NCBI GenBank assembly: GCA_963829055.1 | Contig: CAWHHI010000008.1 | Location: forward strand, 32,001-96,000 | Source of the DNA: an uncultured Gemmatimonadaceae bacterium | Lineage (GTDB): Bacteria; Gemmatimonadota; Gemmatimonadetes; Gemmatimonadales; Gemmatimonadaceae | Length of the DNA stretch: 64,000 nt | Reading direction: 5' to 3' | In this document: in pieces, positions 1 through 9,564 of the stretch | How the letters are laid out: each line of letters starts with the position of its first letter | Numbering within the stretch: the first letter of the stretch is position 1 | Notes under the pieces: model-generated | Database searches by the model: none | The model's input: the letters and a program-made list of their open reading frames with translations, nothing else | What the model was told of the DNA's origin: nothing | Program-made: the position numbers and the translations under genes

Positions 1-4
1 TCAA

Positions 5-78
<74 letters not shown>

Positions 79-431
79 TCATACACCGGGAGTGCGCGGA
101 TCGTTTCCACCCGTCGCACCGGGCCGGTAACGAAGCGGCCCCGCTCGTGGCGGGGCCGCGCCGATACGCCGTAAACTACGATGCAACGGGCGGTTGTCAA
201 GCGCCGCCGTACAGCGCGGCTCCTTCTGCATCGTGGACGAGCGATCGCATTGCCCGTCACGACAGTGGGCGAACCGAGCGAGAGAAAATTGCGTGTGCTG
301 CCGTTGATACGCATCACGGGCGGTGCTTTGGAGGGCTCTCCTCGCACCATTGCGTTCCCAAGCTATGCTGATATTCTTCGCGCCGCCCCGATAGGAATAT
401 CCTGACGCTTTCCATCTCAAGGAGTGACCTG

Positions 432-839
432 ATGCGTATTCGTCGTGCCGCCGCTGTGGTTGCGGCATTCGCTCTCACCGGATGCTACCACTCAGTGATC
501 CAGACCGGCCGTCCCGAGTCGAGCGACGTCATCTCGATCAAGTGGGCGAATGGTTTCATCTATGGCCTGGTTCCGCCCCCGGTCGTCGAAACTGCGGCAC
601 GATGCACGAACGGAGTTGCCAAGGTCGAGACGCAGCACAGCTTCCTGAACGGTCTGGCCGCCGTGGTCACATTCGGCATCTACACACCAATCCAGATCGA
701 CGTGACGTGCGCTGCTCGCGGTACGGCGTCGGCCGAGTCGGTGATCAAGGTGGAGAAAGGCAAGACCGCGGCGCAGGCGCTGAACGAAGCCGCCGCACTG
801 GCGGTCGAGAAGGATTCGCCGGTCTTCGTCCAGTTCTAG
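432..839 (+). CDS. Bor/Iss family lipoprotein
   Basis: Lipobox LTGC; C-x-GVAKVETQHSFLNGLAAVVTFGIYTPIQIDVTC resembles the lambda Bor core; AAGGAG RBS. Confidence 0.85.
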   Translation: MRIRRAAAVVAAFALTGCYHSVIQTGRPESSDVISIKWANGFIYGLVPPPVVETAARCTNGVAKVETQHSFLNGLAAVVTFGIYTPIQIDVTCAARGTASAESVIKVEKGKTAAQALNEAAALAVEKDSPVFVQF

Positions 840-906
840 CAATTCTCGCAGGAGACACGCCTACGAGGCGCGAATCGAGTACCTAACGCCCGCTCCTGAC
901 GCGCGC

Positions 907-942
907 GAGCCCGGTTTCGGAAGGTCCGAAACCGGGCTCTTT
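907..942 (+). terminator. Intrinsic terminator between convergent genes
   Basis: 14-bp stem GAGCCCGGTTTCGG/CCGAAACCGGGCTC, 5-nt loop, followed by TTT. Confidence 0.8.
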
Positions 943-1022
943 GCGTCGTGTTGCCGTTCTTCCCCTGGTACGTTTGCTACCTGTGCTGCCTGTCTTACGG
1001 GTGATCGATTTGGGCTGCGCGG

Positions 1023-1439
1023 CTATCTCGCGTCCCGGGCGTCCCCCGCTGCTTCGACGCTCTCTTCTTCCATGTCATCCCGCCCAGAGCGCGAGCCGTT
1101 GCCCTGATCGCGTGACATCCCCTCGCGCGAGACCTCCACCGGTGACTCGCGGTCGGAGTACGCCGCGCCGGACGTCTCGTTGCCGCGTCCGTTGGATTGA
1201 CGCCCACGATTCTTGGCGCCACGGGACTCCCCACCCTCGCGTCCAATCGCGGCCATGTGCGCGCGATCGCGACTCACAACCTCTCCTCCCTTTCGGCCCG
1301 CGACGCGAGCCTCGTCCGACGTCCACTCGTGAGCGGTTCCCTTCGCGTGCGCAGCACGCCCGCCCTTGCTGGCGATCTCTTTCTGTCGGTTCGCGTCCAT
1401 CGACGCAAACCCCCGCTTGCTCTTGCCCGTTCCCGACAT
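1023..1439 (-). CDS. KGG-repeat general stress protein (YciG/GsiB-like)
   Basis: RGFASMD..QKEIASKGG, EARVAGRKGG and HMAAIGREGG repeats; GGAGG 5 nt before the ATG at 1439. Confidence 0.9.
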   Translation of the reverse strand: MSGTGKSKRGFASMDANRQKEIASKGGRAAHAKGTAHEWTSDEARVAGRKGGEVVSRDRAHMAAIGREGGESRGAKNRGRQSNGRGNETSGAAYSDRESPVEVSREGMSRDQGNGSRSGRDDMEEESVEAAGDARDAR

Positions 1440-1550
1440 CCGCGCCTCCATCAGTTGGGGTCATGTCAACTCTGGCTCGCGGATCCCCAACAGCTTCTAT
1501 CCGCGAGCACCGCAACAATCCAATTCCCTGACCCAACACACCAGCCCGGC

Positions 1551-1565
1551 GCAATTCATGGGCCG
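1551..1565 (-). promoter_or_regulatory. Sigma54-like -24/-12 element upstream of the KGG gene
   Basis: CGGCCC-ATGAA-TTGC (GG-N10-GC spacing). Confidence 0.45.
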
Positions 1566-1900
1566 TAACGTGAGAGCGGGCGTAGAATTTTCTACAATCA
1601 AGTGACTAGGTGGCCAACTTCGCACTCGATGCTCGCCCACGTTTCCCAACCAATCTGCGAGTCCGCACATCATCGCAGAAGCAGCGGCACGCCGCGGTCT
1701 CCACTCGCCCGCCGCGTACATCGGGTTCGAAGCGCCGCCCTGGCCGAGCGCCTGCGACGACCGATAGCGGTGATGAGCGTTCACACAATTAGTTGGAATC
1801 GCAACCCTATCGCGTAAGGCAAGCGGGTTGCAAGGCAAGGCACGGGCCGCGCGCTCGTGCATTAGCTGAGAATCGCGCTACTGCGGGCTATATTCCCGCT

Positions 1901-2872
1901 GTGTCACTCTCGCTCCGGTTTCTCGGGACATCGGCCTCGCGCCCGACCGTCGAACGCGGCGTCAGCTCCATCGCCGTCGTGCGCGAAGGAGAGACATTTC
2001 TTTTCGATTGCGGTGAAGGTACACAGCGCCAGATGATGCGGTATGGGGTCGCGTTCTCGCTCCGCGACATCTTCTTCTCCCATATGCACGTCGATCACAT
2101 CCTCGGTGTGATTGGCCTGATGCGGACCATGGCGCTGCAGGGCCGCGAAGAAACGCTGCGCATTTTCGGGCCCCCGGGCTCGGCGAAAGTACTTCGTCGT
2201 GCAGAGACCATCGGCGCGGACCGGGTCGGATTTCCCGTGGAATACAGGGAACTCACGCCCGGCGAATCGATTCGCCGTGACGGTTACGAGATCGTTGCCT
2301 TCGCGGCAGATCATGTGCGCACGCCGGCGCTCGGCTTCGCGCTGGTCGAAGCGCTTCGCCTTGGCCGATTCAATCCCGATCGCGCGCGCGAGATGGGAGT
2401 GCCCGAAGGCCCCATGTGGGGGCGCCTGCACCGCGGCATGCGCGTCACGCTCGAAGACGGGCGCGAGATCGACCCGGCGGACCTCGTTGGTCCCACTCGG
2501 CCAGGACGGAAGCTCGTCATCACAGGCGATACGCGACCGTGCGATGCCACCGCGGAGGCATCAACGGGAGCCGACCTCCTCGTGCACGAGGCAACGTTCG
2601 CCGAGGAGGAGGCATCGCGCGCGTCGGAGACCGGTCACTCGACGGCACGTGAGGCCGCCCAGATCGCGGTGCGCGCGGGCGTGAGGCGGCTCGTACTCAC
2701 GCACGTGTCGGCCCGCTATTCCCGCGATGTGTCGGACCTCGAACGGGAGGCACGCGCAGTCTTTCCCGTAACGCAGGTCGCGCGCGATGGGACCGAGATC
2801 GACATCCCGTTCCCGGATGCGGCGGAATTGTCTGACGCGACTGGCCGCGCCCCGCACGTCGCGAGTACTTAA
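1901..2872 (+). CDS. rnz: Ribonuclease Z
   Basis: FLGTS..PT, FDCGEG, SHMHVDH (HxHxDH), exosite GVPEGP, ITGDT, HEATF, HST, LTHVSARY. Confidence 0.95.
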   Translation: MSLSLRFLGTSASRPTVERGVSSIAVVREGETFLFDCGEGTQRQMMRYGVAFSLRDIFFSHMHVDHILGVIGLMRTMALQGREETLRIFGPPGSAKVLRRAETIGADRVGFPVEYRELTPGESIRRDGYEIVAFAADHVRTPALGFALVEALRLGRFNPDRAREMGVPEGPMWGRLHRGMRVTLEDGREIDPADLVGPTRPGRKLVITGDTRPCDATAEASTGADLLVHEATFAEEEASRASETGHSTAREAAQIAVRAGVRRLVLTHVSARYSRDVSDLEREARAVFPVTQVARDGTEIDIPFPDAAELSDATGRAPHVAST

Positions 2873-2937
2873 CTCGCCAACGTGAGCACGCGTGGGTTAG
2901 TGCGAGCTCCCGTGGCTAGCGGTTACGGTCGAGTCCG

Positions 2938-3231
2938 CTATCTCGAGCCGCTGGGCCCCGCCGTCGACGGTGCACGTGACGTGGACACGGGCATCGATCG
3001 GCGGTAAAGCCGCTGCAACTGGGCGTCCGTCAGCGAATCCAGCACCGTAGCGCGATTCAGCCGGGCCGTCACGTCATTCGACTCGGCGCCCGGATTGATG
3101 TACCACCCATAGCGATCGAGTTGCGATGTCCGCCCGTCGGGGTGGCGGAAGACGACCATCGCGTTACTGGCGCCAGGAGACTGCACTTCGACCGTCCAGT
3201 TAATGCCGTCAGGTCCCGTGAACGAGCGCAT
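2938..3231 (-). CDS. Small hypothetical protein
   Basis: 97-aa ORF MRSFTGPDGINWTVEV.. with coding-like composition, directly downstream of the thioesterase. Confidence 0.65.
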   Translation of the reverse strand: MRSFTGPDGINWTVEVQSPGASNAMVVFRHPDGRTSQLDRYGWYINPGAESNDVTARLNRATVLDSLTDAQLQRLYRRSMPVSTSRAPSTAGPSGSR

Positions 3232-3274
3232 GATGTGAGGTTCGAGTGATGAAGTGAAATGCTCCGGATGCTCT

Positions 3275-3800
3275 TTACGCCCTGACCGCTCTACCGTTTT
3301 GCTCCGCGTCACGCTCCTCGAGACGACGCCGACGCCGATCCTGAGCCGCCGCATAACGCCGCTTCTCCGCGTCGCTCTCGGCGACGAGCATCGGGATTTC
3401 ACGCGGGTGCCCGTGGTCGTCCACGGCGACGAACGTGAGGTAGCAGGAGTTCGTGTGCCGTCGCACGCCCGAGATCAGATCTTCGGCTTCGACGCGAACC
3501 CCGATCTCCATGGACGTCCGACCCACGAAGTTGACGCTCGCCTTGAGCACGACGAGGTCACCGAGGTGAATGGGCTCCCGGAAGTCTACCCGGTCGATCG
3601 ACGCGGTCACGCAGGTCGAGCGGGCATGCCGGATCGCCGCGACCGCGGCGGTCTTGTCGACCAGCGCCATCACGACTCCGCCGAATACGTTCCCGAGGTT
3701 ATTGGCGTCCGGCGGAAGCATGAGCGCCGAGGACTCGTGCTGCGACTCGCGCACGGTTCGGCTCGAGCGGGCGTTAGCGACGGTCACTTTCGCGACGGTC
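3275..3800 (-). CDS. Acyl-CoA thioesterase (hotdog fold); in frame with the upstream lipoprotein, start approximate
   Basis: MLPPDANNLGNVFGGVVMALVD, CVTASIDRVDFREPI, VGRTSMEIGV, YLTFVAVD. Confidence 0.9.
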
Positions 3801-5047
3801 ACGGCGGTGAATCGGAGGACGAGACGCGGACCGCGTACGACGAGCAGGCGCTCATGGGGCGTACTGTGTGACTGACCTGTCACGACGTTCGCACGAGCGC
3901 GCGCGGGACCGAGTACGGTGCGGGCGGCACCGGAATAGAGCGACGACTCATCGAACGCACGAGAGAGCCCGCGGACCACCGTGGTATCGACGTCGGGCGT
4001 ATCGAGCCGATAGACGCGCCGCGCTGGTGTCGGAAGGCGCGTGGCGTTCCACTCTCGCTGCGTCGAATCCCGCACGACGAGCGTGGCGAAATCACCGCTC
4101 GTGTCGTACCGGGCGATGACATCGTACCGCGGGCCGTCCCACACCTCGCTCACGGAATCGGCACTGAGCTTCGGGACGGTCGCGGCGATCTCGGCCCACC
4201 ATGCGGGCTGCGGAGCGCGTACGTGCGGGAGCGGCAGTGAGAGCCCACCGCCCGGGCCACCCTTGCCCGGCACGTAGAACCCGACCATCGGCGCGCCATC
4301 GATGTCCACGATCGCGAAGCTGGTGGAGTCGAATTGGAAGGTGTCAATGGCACGCGCGGCCCGGCGGCCGTCTACGCCACTCGCGCGGCGCACCGAGTCG
4401 ATGACGATGCGGTACGCGGCGCGCCCTTCGGCGATGATGCGGTGCGCGACGCTGTCTCCGAAGACGCCGTGCAGCGTCGCGGTGGACCCGTCACGCAGGT
4501 CGACGACGCTGTGTCGCATCACGTGCGAATCTTCGACGTTGGCGATGTCGATGTTGGTGCTGTACGCGAAGGAAAGCAGCGGGCCAACGACGTCGAGCAG
4601 CTCCGCATCGCTCGTCGCGACCGTATGCGGCTCGTCGCTTCCCTCCTCGTCCGCGTCCAGCCTGCGCTCGCCGGGGTGCTCCGCTGCGTAGGCGCGCGCG
4701 ATTCCGTTGACGCGGCGATCCTCGAACACCGGAACGGAATCCCCGGAGACGAGGTCACGCCGGTAGATGCGCTGGCCGACGAGGAGCGCGTCGAAGTACG
4801 AGCGATCGTCGTCGGTGACATAGAGCTCGTAGAACCGACCACGAACGTTCGCGAGGGTGAGCGGCGCGCGTCGAAGCCGAAGCCGACCTTCGGTGGTCGT
4901 CACCCAAAATGCGGAGTCGCCGGCGGTGACGAGAAATTCCGCCGCCGGAGGCGATTCGTTCAGTCGCGGGCGAGATGAACACCCGGCGGCCATGGTGAAG
5001 AGCGCGGCACAGGCAATTGTCGCGCGCAGAGACGAGAGGGGGGGCAT
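3800..5047 (-). CDS. Hypothetical lipoprotein (N-terminal part of ORF 3275..5047; 3' boundary uncertain)
   Basis: Signal peptide with lipobox AAGC; no family recognised. Confidence 0.6.
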
Positions 5048-5146
5048 CGTCGTCGGAATATAGCCGAGCCCATTGCCTCGCCGCAGGGCGACGCGCTGGG
5101 CGGCGATTAGATTGCCGCACCCCGACTACCTCTGCCGTGAGTCTCG

Positions 5147-6397
5147 ATGCATCGCTACCTGCCGCTCGTCGTCGTCCTGCTGGCTTGCTCCTCTTCCGCG
5201 GGCGACCGGTCTGACTCCACCGCCCAGGCGTCCGCCGCGCCCGCCACCTCGACTCCTGCGCCGGCCGCCGCTGCTGGAGCGATGGCGAGCGATTCGGCCG
5301 GCACGGCCGTCAGCGCCGCGAGCGGCGGCTCAGCGACGGCGAGCACGGCTCCAGCTACGGCGGTGCGCCCGGCATCGGCCGCGGATCTCCCGATCGTGCG
5401 CGGTCTGTACGTGAACCGCTTCGCCGCCCAGAGCGCCAAGCGCATGCACAAGCTCATCGCGATCGCGGACTCCACCGAGATCAATGCCTTCGTCATCGAC
5501 GTGAAGGACGAGTTCGGGCTGAACATCGCGTCGCAGGATCCGATGGTGCAGAAGAATGCTGGCAAGGCCGGCGTGATCCCTAACGCGAAAGCGTTGCTCG
5601 ACACGCTCAAGGCGCACGACATCCTGGCGATCGCGCGGATCGTGGTGTTCAAGGACTCGGTCGCGGCACGCGTCAATCCCGATCACGTGATCCGGAAGCC
5701 GGACGGCACGGCATGGCGCGACAAGCAGGGCCTAACGTGGGTGAATCCGTACGACGAGGAGATCTGGGAGTACGACATGCGCGTGGCGGAGGAAGCGGTG
5801 CGCCTGGGATTTGGCGAGGTGCAGTTCGACTACATCCGCTTTCCCGAGCCGTACAAGAGCCTTCCGCCGCAGGTATTCCCCAAACAGAACGGGCGCTCGA
5901 AGCCGGACGTGCTCGCGGAGTTCCTGCGACGGGCGAACGGGCGCCTCGACAAGCTGGGCGCACGGACGACCGCGGACATCTTCGGTCTCGTCACGACGGT
6001 GGGCGGCGCCCTCGAGATCGGGCAGGAGTGGGAGAAGGTCTCACCGGCGGTGGACGTGGTGCTGCCGATGACGTACCCGTCGCACTATCCGCCAGGCGCG
6101 TTCGGCGTGAAGCGGCCTAACGCGGAGCCGTACACGATCCAGTTGAAGGCGATCTCGCGCGCGCGCCAGCGCGACGAGAAGCTCGGACTCTCGGGTGAGC
6201 GCGTGCGCCCGTGGATCCAGGCCTTCTCGCTGGGCCAACCGAAGTACGATGCGTCGCATGTGAAGGAGCAGATGCGCGGCATCTACGACGCGGGCTACAA
6301 CGGGTGGGTGTGGTGGCACCCCGGCTCTGTCTACGAGCCGTACCTCGGGGCACTCGAGACGAAGCTCGTGCCACACGCCAAAACAGGCGGCAAATAG
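5147..6397 (+). CDS. Putative glycoside hydrolase (DUF4015-like) lipoprotein
   Basis: Lipobox LLAC, Ala/Ser linker, INAFVIDVKD, IARIVVFKD, WVNPY, EVQFDYIRFP, PMTYPSHY, RPWIQAF. Confidence 0.85.
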   Translation: MHRYLPLVVVLLACSSSAGDRSDSTAQASAAPATSTPAPAAAAGAMASDSAGTAVSAASGGSATASTAPATAVRPASAADLPIVRGLYVNRFAAQSAKRMHKLIAIADSTEINAFVIDVKDEFGLNIASQDPMVQKNAGKAGVIPNAKALLDTLKAHDILAIARIVVFKDSVAARVNPDHVIRKPDGTAWRDKQGLTWVNPYDEEIWEYDMRVAEEAVRLGFGEVQFDYIRFPEPYKSLPPQVFPKQNGRSKPDVLAEFLRRANGRLDKLGARTTADIFGLVTTVGGALEIGQEWEKVSPAVDVVLPMTYPSHYPPGAFGVKRPNAEPYTIQLKAISRARQRDEKLGLSGERVRPWIQAFSLGQPKYDASHVKEQMRGIYDAGYNGWVWWHPGSVYEPYLGALETKLVPHAKTGGK

Positions 6398-6400
6398 ACT

Positions 6401-6520
6401 CAGCGAGCAGCCGGCACGCAGCTGCCCGCTGGGCACATCTGCCGACGGCTGCATGCTGCGGCCGCACGCTGCGCGCTGCTGCTATTAGCGCCCAGCAACC
6501 TACGTGCTGCTCGCTGCTCG
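6401..6520 (+). repeat. Left arm of ~120-bp imperfect inverted repeat flanking the four-helix-bundle gene
   Basis: Aligns to the reverse complement of 7122..7239; identical 35-bp core TCTGCCGACGGCTGCATGCTGCGGCCGCACGCTGC. Confidence 0.92.
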
Positions 6521-6617
6521 CAAACGGCAAGCGGCGTTGGCACCGCCTCGCAATCGAATGGTTGGTAGCGCCTAACGGCGGTACGGCAATGGGAACGTGC
6601 GGCCATATCTTGGCGGC

Positions 6618-7100
6618 ATGACTCCATTCCCTGATCCTCCCGGCTTCGCCGACTGGGAGGCGACCGTACCGGCGTCGTTCAAGCGGGACACGATCTGGCG
6701 CACGCCTGCCTACCGCTTCGGTCTGTGGTTGGGCGACTTGGTGAAGGCCGACGCAAATGTGCTGCGCGCTGACCGGAACAGTCGTAATGACGCCGACCAA
6801 CTGCTACGGGCGGTAGGGTCTATCAGTTCCAACCTTTCGGAAGGCTACAGTCGCAGCACTGGCCCGGAGCGAGCGCGCTACTACGATTACGCACTCGCAT
6901 CGGCCAGAGAGTCGAGGGACTGGTATTTCAAAGCGAGAGACGTGTTAGGCATCGAGAGGATGGAGCATCGCATCGAGATCCTCGACCGCATCATTCGGAT
7001 CCTCACTGCGATTGTTCCGCGTGAACGCGAGGATAAGTCGCACAGGCGACGGCGGAAGGACCGCGATAATCGCCCGCCGCGAACAGATCTGGACCGCTAG
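6618..7100 (+). CDS. Four-helix-bundle protein (23S rRNA IVS protein / bAvd-like family)
   Basis: DQLLRAVGSISSNLSEGYSR..ERARYYDYALASARESRDW matches the family pattern (Q..RA..SI..NI.EG..R, A.GS..E). Confidence 0.88.
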   Translation: MTPFPDPPGFADWEATVPASFKRDTIWRTPAYRFGLWLGDLVKADANVLRADRNSRNDADQLLRAVGSISSNLSEGYSRSTGPERARYYDYALASARESRDWYFKARDVLGIERMEHRIEILDRIIRILTAIVPREREDKSHRRRRKDRDNRPPRTDLDR

Positions 7101-7121
7101 CCGCGCGGCAGCGCGCCGTTA

Positions 7122-7239
7122 CGAGCAGCGAGCAGCGCGTGGGTGACCGGCGCGGTATTGGCAGCAGCGGGCAGCGTGCGGCCGCAGCATGCAGCCGTCG
7201 GCAGAGAGCGGGCAGCTGGACGTGCCGGCTGGCTCGCTG
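7122..7239 (-). repeat. Right arm of the inverted repeat
   Basis: Reverse complement of 6401..6520 with a few indels and substitutions. Confidence 0.92.
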
Positions 7240-7250
7240 GTTGCTACGTG

Positions 7251-9540
7251 CTAGAAATCGGCCGAGATCCGGACGAGGATGTTTCGGCCCGGATCAAGCG
7301 CGAAGCTCTTGTACCGGCTCAGGAATGACGTGTACCGCGTGTTCGCGAGATTGCGCACGCGCAGGTCGAAGCGAAACGGATGCGATCCGATGTGGCGCGC
7401 CAGGCCCGCGTCGAGGCCCAGCAGCGTGTAGCCGTCCGTCGGCTGGTCGAACTGGCCGAGTCGTGTCTGCTTCGACGAGATCTCGACGTCCACACCGGCG
7501 TGCGCACGCTCGGCCCAACTCAGGCCCACGGTGTGGAAGTCCGTCTCCAACGTCGTGCGCGGAGCCGGCATGAGCGGGAGCGGCTCGTCCGTGTCCTCGT
7601 TCGTCCCGCGCACGATGTCATAACGCGCGCGGAGTGTGACGATGCTCGTCGGATCCACATCCGCCGAGAACTCGGCGCCGTTCAGCGTCGCCAGCGTGTG
7701 CTGGTAGCGGTACACACTCAGGTTGCCCTGCTGCTGGCCCGTCGGCGCGATGTAGATGAAGTCGTCGATCCGGTTGTGAAAGCCCGACAGCTCGGCGTGC
7801 GCGCGTCGACTGCTCCACCGGAGGCTGCCGTCCAGGTTGAGGCTCGTCTCCGGATCGAGGGTCGCGTCGCCGATCTCGTAACGCGCTTCCCCCAGTCGCG
7901 GACCGTTCGCGAACAGCTCGAACAGCGTCGGCGCACGCCATGCGCGGCCGATGTTCGCGGCGACCGATACGTCCGGCACGAGTTGCACGACCGCGCCGAC
8001 GTCGCCGGAGAGCGCGCTCGAGTGACGCGATTGATCGGAGACCCCGAGGTCCGCGTTCGCATCGGCGTCCAGCGAGTGGAGATCCCCGCGTGCGCCGGCG
8101 ACGAAGCTGACGCGACCGAGATCGAATTGCTCGAACGCGAAGGCCGCGGCCGTCGCCAGCCGCGCATCGGGCACGAGCGGGATGATCCCGCGCGAGTCAC
8201 TCGACTGATACCCGCCGCTCACGCCTAACGTGCCGCGCAGCCGGCCCTCGCTCCCGTGATGTGCCAGAACGTCCGCCGTCAGCGTGTTGAGGAGGAGGTT
8301 GAATACTTCGGTCTCCGTCCCTGTCGGTGCGCCGCCCGGTCCGAGCTCGTCCGACACCTCAGCCAGCGAGTGACGCTGCCACTGGACCTTTGGCTCGAGC
8401 CGCAGCCCGCCAGCGACGTAGTTGCCGGTGAACTGCACCCGGTCGTCGGACAGCTTTCGCTCGGGCCCTTCCTCCTCTTCCTCGCTGCCCGGAGGCTTGG
8501 CCGCCTCGCCCGCCTCGAGCAGATGGAACTCGCCGCCATAACGCGCGTAGCGGAGTGTCGACGTGCCGCGAGACGAGCGGAACCCGGCCGCTGCTTCGCC
8601 GGTGACGGCGGAGAACTTCGTGTTCTCCAGCTTCCCGTCAGGCGTGGTCATGTCTTCGGAAAGCCGAGCGATTGCCGTCGCGCGCCAGCCGAGCCGTGAC
8701 CGCGCGCCCTCGGCGCCGAGCACGACGTCCCCCTCGCGATTGTTCGACGCGCCGGACAGCTCGGCCGTCGTGCGCGTGAAGTTACCCGCGCTCGCGTCAG
8801 GCAGCGCGGCGGGAACCGCGTTGACCACGCCGCCGATCGCGTCCGAGCCGTACAGCACACTCGCGGGTCCGCGAATGACTTCGACACGTTGCGCGAGACG
8901 GGCGTCGATCGACGGGCCATCCTCATCGCTCCACGAGTAGTCCTCGAGGCGATGCCCGTTGTCCAGCACCAGGACGCGCGATCCGCTGAGGCCACGGATG
9001 ACGGGCTTTCCGATCTGCTGGCCTGTCGTGAGGTTGTGCACGCCCGGCAGGCGATCGATGGCGCCCGAGAGCGTCACGCTCTGTTCCCGCTGCAGGCGAT
9101 CGCCCGCGAGTTGCGTGACCGGGAGCGGCGACCGGCTCGGATCGAGCACATCGCGCGTGGCCGTCACGACCACAGGCTCCAGGTCTCCGAGGATCAGTGG
9201 CAAGCGCAGATCGAACGACGTACGATCGCCTGCGCCAACGGTGATCGTGCGCGAGACGGACGCGTACCCCAGTCGTCGCGCGACCAGCGTGTAGCGGCCG
9301 GCAGGGACGTCGGCGAAGACGAACGCGCCCTGCGCGTTCGTCGATGCGGCGCGCGAGAGCTCCACGATGGTGACCCGCGCCGCATCGATGGGCACACCGG
9401 TCGAATCGGCAACCCGTCCGCGAATCGAATCCGAGGCCGTGGCCGTCGCGACCACTCGCTCGCTGCGCGGCACTGAAGCGTTGGCACTCGCAGCTGACTC
9501 CGAGTAACGCGATCACGGCGAGTGAAAGACAGAGCGTCAT
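7251..9540 (-). CDS. TonB-dependent receptor with N-terminal carboxypeptidase-regulatory-like domain (probable frameshift near 9480)
   Basis: IRGRV..G.F.F.DVPAGRYTL..RLGY, TonB box VVVTATR, plug KPVIRGLSG and RVEVIRGPASVLYGSDAIGGVVN, C-terminal F; signal peptide in an adjacent frame from 9540. Confidence 0.92.
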
Positions 9541-9564
9541 TCCTGGCTCGAAGAAAGAGAAGGT

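Noticed and set aside
6538..6552. Sigma54 promoter TGGCAC..TCGC before the four-helix-bundle gene
   Set aside because: GG-to-GC spacing is 9 rather than the required 10.
6401..7239. IS element, or diversity-generating retroelement (Avd-like gene)
   Set aside because: No transposase, reverse transcriptase, TR/VR pair or evident target-site duplication.
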